DNA of 64,000 nt from an uncultured Faecalibaculum sp. Its GTDB lineage: Bacteria > Bacillota_I > Bacilli_A > Erysipelotrichales > Erysipelotrichaceae. Location of the stretch: contig NZ_CAJUPA010000004.1 in assembly GCF_910588395.1 (NCBI RefSeq), positions 18,088 to 82,087 on the forward strand, given 5' to 3'. The notes under the pieces are model-generated. The model was given only the letters and a program-made list of their open reading frames with translations, did no database searches and was not told where the DNA came from. Position numbers and translations under genes: made by a program. The stretch's first letter is position 1. Each line of letters opens with the position of its first letter. Positions 40,693 through 49,166 of the stretch are shown here, one piece after another.

Positions 40693-41558
40693 AGACAATT
40701 CTTGTCACCGGCGCCAACGGTTACCTGGCGAGCTACTGCCGGCTGCTCAACAGCCACAATTTCAACTGGATCTGCATGACCCGCAAGGATGCAGATCTCT
40801 CGGATCCGGCCAGTGTGAAGAAGTACCTGGAAACGGTGAAGTTTGATATCTGTTTCCACACTGCAGCCAACGCCACCACAGCGCTTTGCGAAGAGAACCC
40901 GGAGATGGCTCACAGGATCAATGTGGAAAGCACGCAGATGATCATCGATGCCTGCAAAGCGCAGAATGCCCGGCTGATTTTTTCCGGCACCGAGCAGTCC
41001 TTCAACGGCAAAGTGGAACACGGTCCTTTCAGGGAAGAGGAGCCGAAAAATGCAGTCACAGTCTATGGACAGAACAAGGCGGAATGCGAAGGGCTGATTG
41101 AATCCCAGCTCACAGACTATGTCATTCTGCGCTATTCCTGGATGATGGGTCTTTCCTTCCCGGGGATCAAGGCAAGCCCGAACATTATTGCCAATGTGAT
41201 GAACGCCCTGCTTCACGGGATACCGACGCTGTTTACCTGCAACGAGAAACGCTGCATGACCTATGCGAAGCATCTGGCTGAACAGTTTGAACAGATCACC
41301 GAACTGCCCACCGGCGTATACCACATTGCGGCGGACAACGATATGACCACCTATGAAAGCGCCGTGTATGTAGCCAGAGAACTGGGTGCGGATGAAGAAG
41401 AAATCAAACGGCTGATCCTCCCCAACCACGACCGGTATGCAGACCGGTTCCGGGACTACCGGCTGGATGCGTCCAAAGCCGCTTCTCATGGTCTGCATTT
41501 CGGCACGTTCAAGGAAAACGTGGCAGAAGTGCTCCGGGATTTCAACTGGAAGAAATAA
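40689..41558 (+). CDS. Extended SDR, RmlD (dTDP-4-dehydrorhamnose reductase)-like
   Basis: ILVTGANGYLA, HTAA, CEENPE...IN, YGQNK (YxxxK). Confidence 0.85.
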   Translation: MKTILVTGANGYLASYCRLLNSHNFNWICMTRKDADLSDPASVKKYLETVKFDICFHTAANATTALCEENPEMAHRINVESTQMIIDACKAQNARLIFSGTEQSFNGKVEHGPFREEEPKNAVTVYGQNKAECEGLIESQLTDYVILRYSWMMGLSFPGIKASPNIIANVMNALLHGIPTLFTCNEKRCMTYAKHLAEQFEQITELPTGVYHIAADNDMTTYESAVYVARELGADEEEIKRLILPNHDRYADRFRDYRLDASKAASHGLHFGTFKENVAEVLRDFNWKK

Positions 41559-41687
41559 CAGCTGCTTCACAGCTGACCCCGCCGGGACCGGAACAGTATC
41601 CGGTTCCGGCTTCTGTATATAACCGGCACTGCAGACAGATCAAACTGCAATCAATGAAGAAGAAAGAAACAGGAAAGGAACTCTATC

Positions 41688-42134
41688 ATGGCACTGGAGG
41701 ATATCGCAAAACGCTACTACAAAACAGAGGGATACAACTGCGCGGAGACGCTGCTGCACGCAGCCAATGAATACTATGATCTGGGACTGCATGACCACGA
41801 TATGCGGACCATGGCCGGTTTTGGCGGCGGGATGTTTGTGGGCAGTGTCTGCGGCGCCCTGGTGGGGGCACAGGCAGCGCTGTCTGCCATGATTGTGAAA
41901 GACCGGGCGCATCATCAGATGGAGGATATCCGCCCGGCCTCTCAGCGGCTGCACCGGAATTTCCGGAATGCCTACAATGCAGTGGAGTGCAAGGACATCA
42001 AAAAAGACTGGCATTCCAAGGAAGAGAAATGCTGGAAAACCGTGGAACAGGCCAGCCGGGTGCTGGAGCAGACAGTGAACGAACTGCAGCTGCCGCAGGC
42101 CAAGGAACCGGCTTCCGGTGCTCAGACAGCATGA
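41688..42134 (+). CDS. C-GCAxxG-C-C family redox protein
   Basis: YNCAET, GFGGGM..GSVCGALVG, ..C..C. Confidence 0.9.
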   Translation: MALEDIAKRYYKTEGYNCAETLLHAANEYYDLGLHDHDMRTMAGFGGGMFVGSVCGALVGAQAALSAMIVKDRAHHQMEDIRPASQRLHRNFRNAYNAVECKDIKKDWHSKEEKCWKTVEQASRVLEQTVNELQLPQAKEPASGAQTA

Positions 42135-42264
42135 AGCGGATCCGGTCTGTTCCGGAAACAGTCATTCCGCCGGAAGGATATCCTTGCAGGGAAAGGGCAT
42201 TCATTTGCCGGATTTCCTTTCCCGAAACCCGGGTAAATGGTAGGATGATGCATGAGGTGATTTC

Positions 42265-43173
42265 ATGAAAATCGCATATTTGATGCATTATATCGGAAAT
42301 GACTTTGAAGAACTCTCCGAAAACATAGACCAGCTGCTGGAACAGGGTGACCATGTCTTTGTCATGATCAACGATGAAGGACTTCGGGATGATATCTTCA
42401 TCGCCTACGGATCTGTTCCTGAATGCCACATCGCCGGGATGCAGGGGGCAGCCCTTCACGGCGACCTTTCCCTGCCCCGCGGCACCATTCTGCAGATGCG
42501 GGAGGCCCTGGAACAGGAAGAGGACACCGGGGTGTATTTTGACTACTTCATCAATCTGACAGATGGCATGATGCCTGTCAGATCCAGGGAAGAAATTGTG
42601 GCGGTTCTGGAAAGTCTGGATGGAAAGGACAACTACGTAACAGTGGCTGACAGCGACCACAGTCCGGAGCTGAAAAAGCGCATGGAAGAATACGCCTTTT
42701 TCACCAACTCCCTGAATTTCCAGAAAAGCAGAATGCTCCAGGGGATGAATTCTCTGACGAAGAACATCGTCAAAAACTTCAAGAACCGGGAGACGGAAGA
42801 TGTGGTGGTACAGACCTGGCCATTCTTTGTGCTCAGTCATGACAGTGCCGAGGCCCTGGCAGAAAACCTGGCTTACTGTTCCAATCAGTTCATGATGTGT
42901 CTGTACCCGGAAGAGCTGTGTTTTGGCACGATGCTGCGCAAATATTCGAATGCAGATCATGAAGAGCGCAAACTGTGGATCACCGGACAGGGCGACTATC
43001 AGGAACAGGCTGTGATTCAGCCTGTGACGATGGATCAGATCCTGCAGGCTCCCGAAGCGCTGTTTGCCCTGCGGGTGAAGGCCAAAGAGAATCTGCCGGT
43101 GTACCAGAATGTATTTGATGCCTACAACCAGAATGCGGCCCAGGGTGATATGCCTGCAAAGAATGCAGACTGA
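42265..43173 (+). CDS. GT14 (core-2/I-branching) glycosyltransferase-like protein
   Basis: MKIAYLMH N-terminus, FDYFINLT, PEELCFGT resemble the Branch family. Confidence 0.65.
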   Translation: MKIAYLMHYIGNDFEELSENIDQLLEQGDHVFVMINDEGLRDDIFIAYGSVPECHIAGMQGAALHGDLSLPRGTILQMREALEQEEDTGVYFDYFINLTDGMMPVRSREEIVAVLESLDGKDNYVTVADSDHSPELKKRMEEYAFFTNSLNFQKSRMLQGMNSLTKNIVKNFKNRETEDVVVQTWPFFVLSHDSAEALAENLAYCSNQFMMCLYPEELCFGTMLRKYSNADHEERKLWITGQGDYQEQAVIQPVTMDQILQAPEALFALRVKAKENLPVYQNVFDAYNQNAAQGDMPAKNAD

Positions 43174-43397
43174 GAGTATTTCAGATGTACAGAAAAGACC
43201 TGTAGACATGCGGGGATGGGGATATATCCTCTGCCCTTGCCTGTCTTCAGGCTTTTTTAGTCTTCTGAAAAGACCGCTGCAGGCTGGCTGATTCTGATTC
43301 ATGGCGGCTGCAATCCGATGGGGAGCCGCATCTGTATCACGGCATGAAAAAAAAACAGACTCCACTATCTGTCTGCAGAGTCTGTCTTCAGGCTGAA

Positions 43398-44798
43398 TCA
43401 GTTTTCGTCTTCCAGCTCGTTCCAGTCGTTTTCCAGCTGGGCTTCGGTTTCCGATGTGTCATACTCGTCGGATTCCATTTCCATGCGGTTTTTCTGCTGT
43501 TCTTTCAGGCGCAGTCTGGCCATAAGCATTCTGGCCCGCTTTTTGGCGTGCTTGAGCATCCGGGCATACTGGAGGAATACCACCAGACAGATAACAAACA
43601 GTACGGCGCAGACAGCGATTCCCCAGAGGTACCCCTGGAATTCATACTGCAGGAAAGCCGTGATCAGGCAGCAGACCATGCAGATGAACACCAGAAACAT
43701 GGTGCTCCGGCAGGAGTTGGCATACTTTCGGAAGAAACGGTATTTTTCTTCTTCGTTTTCAATCACCTTGGGATACTCGCCGGCTTCTTCAGGATGCCGG
43801 AAAATGAACCAGCCGGCTTCCTTCTTCTTCCGGGCAGGCGCTTTGGACACCAGCTGCCAGCCGTCAGCTTCCAGTTTCCGCCACTGGCTGTTGTCCGGTT
43901 CCTGCCGGAAATAGTCAATGGAATAGTAGTACCGCTGAGGTTCCCCTTTGGTGAAATAATACTTGTGGCCGTTGTGGCGCACGTAATGGTAGCCATCCGC
44001 TGACTGTTCTGCGAGATAGTCTTCAATGATGGGATACTGACTCAGCAGGAAGTGTTTTTTGTCTTCAAAGAGATCCGGTTCGTCTTCATAATACTCACCG
44101 TCTTCATCTTCTTCCTCTTCGTCGTTTTCGTCGTCATCCTCTTCGTCGTCATCATCGTCATCATCGTCATCATCGTCGTCAGAATCATCCTCATATTCAT
44201 CGGAGTCATCTTCCTCGTCTTCTGCTTCAGGTTCATCTTCCTGATCAGCAGCCGGAACGGATTCTTCCGTCATGATTTCCATGACAGTTTCCCCGGCATC
44301 GGCTTCCGGTCCGTTTTCCTCTGCAGGTTCTCCGTCTTCTTCATGATCCTTCAGCGTTTCTTCGGTGACAGCATCCATTTCAATGGTGGGAGCGTTGTCT
44401 CCGGATTCCGGCTGCTGATCAGCTGCGTCGTCCGGCTGCGGTGCTTCTTCCTGCGGCAGCTGGGTCTGCAGCAGTTCGTCCACAGCCGGGGCTACATCCT
44501 CGCTGGAGGAAAAAACCGTCGGTTCCGGTTCTTCCTGCACAGTGGCGGCTTCTTCCGTGATTTCCTGTCCGTCATCGAAAATCTGACGTCGGATGCGCAC
44601 GGTGGCTTTTTTCCGGGACCGCTTCCCGAACAGGCCGCGTTTCGGTTTCTCTTCTTCCTTCAGTTCAAATATATCCGAGGCATTGAAGGAATGAAGTTCC
44701 GGCTCACTGAACTGGATCTGCGAGATGCGATCCTGCTGTGTGAGTTCTTCCAGCTCTTCCAGACTGGTGTTTTTCTGGTTTTCAGGTTCCTTTGCCAT
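43398..44798 (-). CDS. DUF2812-like membrane protein with a long acidic N-terminal region
   Basis: YLAEQSADGYH...YYFTKGEP..Y.IDY...DGWQLV...WFIFR plus two TM segments; D/E tract. Confidence 0.75.
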   Translation of the reverse strand: MAKEPENQKNTSLEELEELTQQDRISQIQFSEPELHSFNASDIFELKEEEKPKRGLFGKRSRKKATVRIRRQIFDDGQEITEEAATVQEEPEPTVFSSSEDVAPAVDELLQTQLPQEEAPQPDDAADQQPESGDNAPTIEMDAVTEETLKDHEEDGEPAEENGPEADAGETVMEIMTEESVPAADQEDEPEAEDEEDDSDEYEDDSDDDDDDDDDDDDEEDDDENDEEEEDEDGEYYEDEPDLFEDKKHFLLSQYPIIEDYLAEQSADGYHYVRHNGHKYYFTKGEPQRYYYSIDYFRQEPDNSQWRKLEADGWQLVSKAPARKKKEAGWFIFRHPEEAGEYPKVIENEEEKYRFFRKYANSCRSTMFLVFICMVCCLITAFLQYEFQGYLWGIAVCAVLFVICLVVFLQYARMLKHAKKRARMLMARLRLKEQQKNRMEMESDEYDTSETEAQLENDWNELEDEN

Positions 44799-44852
44799 AG
44801 TGTACCCCCTAACTGTATCATTATACGACAGGTCCGGATATGACACAAAGAG

Positions 44853-44903
44853 AGTCGGCCTGATCCCTGAACAACTGTCAGTTATTCAGGATTCAGGCTG
44901 AGT
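44853..44903. repeat. ~50-bp imperfect palindrome, left copy
   Basis: Core CTGAACAACTG-T-CAGTTATTCAG; 17-bp exact match to 45721-45737. Confidence 0.85.
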
Positions 44904-45035
44904 GCTTCGCGCTTAGGCATACCTGCTTGTTTCAGAACACTGTGTTCATTTTATATAAATCTGCAGAACAGTAAGCAAATAATTGCATGTTTTTCCATAA
45001 TTTTGAAAACCATTCTGTTACAGGTACTCCTGATT

Positions 45036-45044
45036 TGTTATAAT
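45036..45044 (+). promoter_or_regulatory. Extended -10 promoter for the small peptide gene
   Basis: TG-T-TATAAT. Confidence 0.65.
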
Positions 45045-45139
45045 TTGGCTGCAGTCATCAATACGCTGATGTGCTTTTCTTCCTGATTCGAGGAATCTTT
45101 CCGACCTGGTCCGTGAAAACAGACTGGGAAGGAGGAACT

Positions 45140-45319
45140 GTGGATATTTTTGAGATTGTTCAGCTGCTGGCAAATCTATGTACCATTGCATTGTTTGTTA
45201 TGCCGCTGATTCCGGACGTTGTGTCCATCTCTATAGCAATGTCCTTCAGGATCTCGATCATCCGTAAGAAAAAGCACGATCAGTGTACCCGCACCGACCG
45301 TGCTCAGGATGATCGCTAG
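45140..45319 (+). CDS. 59-aa hydrophobic peptide, putative type I toxin
   Basis: GGAAGGAGG RBS, GTG start; MDIFEIVQLLANLCTIALFVMPLIPDVVSISIAMSFRISIIRKKKH...; 3' end overlapped by an antisense RNA candidate. Confidence 0.65.
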   Translation: MDIFEIVQLLANLCTIALFVMPLIPDVVSISIAMSFRISIIRKKKHDQCTRTDRAQDDR

Positions 45320-45370
45320 ATCATCTAGACAACAATTAAACAGCACATCGGTTGATGTCTGCTGTCTGTA
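45269..45370 (-). ncRNA. Putative antisense antitoxin RNA, copy 1
   Basis: TTGCAA-16-TATAAT promoter (45403-45376), three hairpins, terminator with G-U pairs and a U tract. Confidence 0.65.
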
Positions 45371-45593
45371 TCTTCATTATATGCCGTTTGGAATATCTTG
45401 CAAGAGACAGACTAAGGCCGGAAGATTCCTCGAATCAGACGGCTTGGTGGGGCTTTCCAGTCATGGAAGACCCCATTTTCGTTTTCAGCCGGTACTCATC
45501 AGGCAGTTGTCAGCTCGGTTCTATCCTCCAGGTTATGCCTTACTCTATTGCAGCGGGTTCCGTGATCAGCTTCCGCTGTCACGGAACTGGCTG

Positions 45594-45695
45594 AAAAAAG
45601 CACGATCAGTGTAGGAGCACCGACCGTGCCAAGGATGATTGTTAAATCATCTAAAGCTTCATAAACAGCACATCGGTTGATGTCTGCTGTCTGTA
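45594..45695 (-). ncRNA. Putative antisense antitoxin RNA, copy 2
   Basis: Paralog of copy 1 with identical stems and different loops; TATAAT at 45706-45701. Confidence 0.6.
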
Positions 45696-45706
45696 TCTTC
45701 ATTATA

Positions 45707-45756
45707 ACTCAGCCAGTTTACTGAACAACTGTCAGTTGTCCAGGAACCCGCTGAGT
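45707..45756. repeat. ~50-bp imperfect palindrome, right copy
   Basis: ACTCAGC...CTGAACAACTG-T-CAGTTGTCCAG...GCTGAGT. Confidence 0.85.
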
Positions 45757-45834
45757 TTTTCATATACAGACTTCAGGAACCAGCAGCCTGCACCTGTTCA
45801 GCCGAAACAAGACAGGAAATCCTCAAGCCTCAGC

Positions 45835-46062
45835 TCATTCCTCCGGAATGTGCCTTTTTCTATGCCCTCGATAGCTGCAACACTCAACCGAAGGCCCGGC
45901 TTTCTCTTTATGGAGCTCTCTGCGCACCTCATTCCAGTCCACCTGATGACAATGGGCGCAGTCTCCATTACAGGATTTCTTCCGGTCCTTTCGCATCTGG
46001 CGGAAAATGAACACCAGAACCACAGTCAGAACAAGAAGGATCATTACATCTCCGGCAGTCAT
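45835..46062 (-). CDS. FeoB-associated Cys-rich membrane protein
   Basis: One TM segment followed by SCNGDCAHC; directly after feoB; GGGGAGGTG RBS. Confidence 0.85.
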   Translation of the reverse strand: MTAGDVMILLVLTVVLVFIFRQMRKDRKKSCNGDCAHCHQVDWNEVRRELHKEKAGPSVECCSYRGHRKRHIPEE

Positions 46063-46101
46063 TCTCTCACCTCCCCGCCAGTCTTTCGGAACCAACCGCC
46101 T

Positions 46102-48281
46102 TTATTTCCCTGCTTCCAGGGCAATCGTTTTAACAGGTACCTCATCCCTGCCACTGTATCCCCTGCGGAACAGCAGGTACAGCAGAACGCTAAGCAGAAC
46201 CAGGGCAATCACCGTAAAGATACTGAACGGTACTTCGCCGGTGATCAGACCGCCGATCTGGTATACCATCATTGCGCTGCAGTACGCGATTACACACATG
46301 TACCCGATCGCCGCCAGCGTCCACTTTGCATTGTTCATCTCCCGCTTGATGGCACCCATCGCCGCAAAGCACGGTGCAAACAGCAGGTTGAAGATCATGA
46401 AGCTCCAGGCAGCCAGGACGCTGAAATCCGCAGCAATCGCAGTCCAGATCTCGGTTCCATCCTCGGAGACTTCACCCAGCCCGGCATACAGCACTCCAAA
46501 GGTGTTCACCACTTCTTCCTTGGCAATCAGACCGGTAAACGTCGCCACTGTGGCCTTCCATGCCATATCGCCAGCCCAGCCCAGAGGATAGAAAATCCAG
46601 GCAATGCTCCGCCCGATCGCAGCCAGCAGAGACAGATTGTTGTCTTCCACCATGTGCAGTCCGCCATCCACGAAGCCGAAACTCTGCAGGAACCACAGCA
46701 CAATGCTGCTGGCCAGGATCAGCGTTCCCGCCCGTTTGATGAACGACCAGCCACGCTCCCAGGTGCTCCGGAGCAGATTGGACAGCGTCGGCCAGTGATA
46801 GGCAGGCAGTTCCATGACAAAAGGAGCCGGTTCTCCTGCAAATGCCTTGAACTTCTTCAGCATGATACCCGATACAACCACAGCTGCAATGCCGATCACA
46901 AACGCACTCACCGCCACAAAGGCACTCTGTCCGAATACCGCACCGGCAAACAGACCAATGATCGGCATCTTCGCCCCGCAGGGAATGAACCCCGTGGTCA
47001 TGATCGTCATCTTGCGATCCCTGTCCTGTTCGATCGTGCGGCTTGCCATGATCCCTGGTACGCCGCAGCCTGTGGCCACCAGCAGCGGGATGAAGCTCTT
47101 GCCCGAGAGGCCGAACCGGCGGAACAGCCGGTCCATAATGAACGCCACACGGCTCATGTAACCGCAGTCCTCCAGCACGGAAAGCAGGAAAAACAGCACC
47201 AGGATCTGCGGAACAAACCCCAGCACAGCACCCACACCGGCGATGATGCCATCCTGAATCAGACTCGCCAGCACATCCGATACTCCCATGGATGTCAGCA
47301 GCGTTTCCACACCCTGCGGGATCCATTCCCCGAAGAGCACATCATTGACCCAGTCTGTTCCCATCGTGCCAATGGAGACAACCGTGCCGCCCATGGCAAT
47401 CGTGTAGATACCCCACATGATCAAAATGAAAATCGGCAGGGCCAGCCAGCGGTTGGTCACGATCCGGTCGATCTTGTCCGACAGGGTCATATCCGACGCT
47501 TTGGCCTTCTTGTGGAAGCAGTCCGAGAGCGTCTTCTCGATGAATTCATACCGCTGCGTGGTGATGATGGACTCCGAATCGTCATCCATCTCCTTTTCCA
47601 GACGGTCTGTCACCGTCTGCACGGCTTTTTTCTGGACATCGTTCAGATTCAGTTCTTCCAGCACCCGCTCATCTTTCTCAAAGACCTTCACCGCATACCA
47701 GAACCTTGCGCTGGCCGGGACTATGTCCCCCAGAACCGATTCGATCTGCTCCAGGGCCTTGCGAACCGCCGGTGTAAATACCGGCAGCGGCCTGGGAGCG
47801 GACAGCGTCTGTTTCAGCGTTTCCGTCAGTTCCGGCAGACCTTCCTTTTTCAGTGCCGAAATGGAAATCACCGGACAGCCAAGTTTCGCAGAGAGCTTTT
47901 TCAGGTCCAGCGTATTGCCGCTGGCCCGGACCATATCCGCCATGTTCACAGCCAGGACCACCGGGAGATCCAGTTCCATCAGCTGCGTGGTCAGATACAG
48001 ACTTCGTTCGATGTTGGTTCCGTCCACAATGTTCAGGACCATGTCCGGCTTTCCTGCACCAGGAACTGTCGGGACACCACTTCTTCCAGGGTATAGGGAG
48101 ACAGAGAATAAATACCCGGCAGATCCTGAATCAGGATCTGATCCACACCCCTGAGAGGGCCTTCCTTTTTCTCCACCGTGACCCCAGGCCAGTTGCCTGT
48201 GTGCTGCCGGGAGCCGGTCAGAGCATTGAACAGCGTGGTTTTTCCGCTGTTGGGATTCCCGGCCAGTGCGACGATCTTCAT
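46102..48281 (-). pseudogene. feoB: Ferrous iron transporter B, split by a 1-bp frameshift near 48050
   Basis: [17 protein letters not shown] and DLPG in 48033-48281; the remainder in 46102-48042; GAAAGCCG where GAA AAG CCG (EKP) is expected. Confidence 0.88.
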
Positions 48282-48508
48282 TGAGCAGCCTCCTCTACTT
48301 CGATCATTTTCGCATCCTGCTTGCGCAGTGACAGTTCATACCCCCGAACCGTCAGTTCAAAGGGATCCCCCAGCGGGGCGACTTTCCGGATGGACAATGC
48401 CGTTCCCTTCGTCAGTCCCATATCCATGATCCGGCGCTTTACCGCGCCGGTTCCGGTGAGTTTCGTGATCACCACACGGGCTCCGGGTCCGTATTCATTC
48501 AGCGTCAT
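48278..48508 (-). CDS. feoA: FeoA family protein
   Basis: [11 protein letters not shown]...APLGDP...[10 protein letters not shown]. Confidence 0.93.
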   Translation of the reverse strand: MTLNEYGPGARVVITKLTGTGAVKRRIMDMGLTKGTALSIRKVAPLGDPFELTVRGYELSLRKQDAKMIEVEEAAQ

Positions 48509-48732
48509 GCGGGTACCTCCTGAACATAAAGCCGCCGGGCCATTCCGGCGTCCAGCGCCATTCGGCAGCCTTTGACTTCCACGATGAGATTGCCAGCTAT
48601 TTCCTGCTTCACAACGACCAGTGACTGCGGGGAAAAGCCCAGATCCGCCAGATGGTTTTTCACATTCTGCGGTCCGGTGATCCGGCAGACCGACATCGGT
48701 CTGCCCTTGTCTGCATAGGACAGCGGCATCAT
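48505..48732 (-). CDS. feoA: FeoA family protein
   Basis: MMPLSYA, HLADLGF, GNLIVEVKGCRMAL. Confidence 0.9.
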   Translation of the reverse strand: MMPLSYADKGRPMSVCRITGPQNVKNHLADLGFSPQSLVVVKQEIAGNLIVEVKGCRMALDAGMARRLYVQEVPA

Positions 48733-48766
48733 ATATCTGCTTCCGATCTGCAGCCATCCCTTCTGA

Positions 48767-48822
48767 ATTAGGGTTAACTAGCAATCGTTAGTATACTCTA
48801 ACTGTGGTTAGTTGCAACATAC
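48767..48822. promoter_or_regulatory. Three GTTAG-N6-CTAAC-like boxes at a 20-bp period overlapping the feo promoter
   Basis: ATTAG-N6-CTAGC, GTTAG-N6-CTAAC, GTTAG-N6-CATAC; minus-strand TTGCAA-16-TATACT lies within them. Confidence 0.7.
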
Positions 48823-49166
48823 TTCGCGGAAAAATTCACATGTCTTTCCATCTGTTTCCGCGGACGGTTCCGTTATCCTGTTCCCTTCTGTATCCGCAGA
48901 TTCGCTGTTTCCCTGCTGTTTCCCTGTTCCTCATTCCATCTGCGGCTTCGTGCCTTCCTCTTCATCCCCGCCCTTCACCCGCACTTCCCCTTTCACCGTT
49001 CTCCGCCATTGTCCGAACCACCGGCTGCAGATTAAAATGGAATAATGCATGAGCACCGGCACTGCAGCCGGATCCCGCATCTTCCTGCACAGCCCTGCAC
49101 AATCGGGTGCTCACCAGTCGGGTGCTCACACAGCCTTGCACAGTCACACAGCCGGGAGGACCACAC

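Noticed and set aside
44934..44947. LexA (Cheo) box upstream of the putative toxin
   Set aside because: The spacing is GAAC-N5-GTTC rather than N4
45499..45702. 67-aa minus-strand ORF as a protein antitoxin
   Set aside because: Its ATG overlaps the -10 box, it has no RBS, it reads through a terminator, and the frame is not preserved in copy 1
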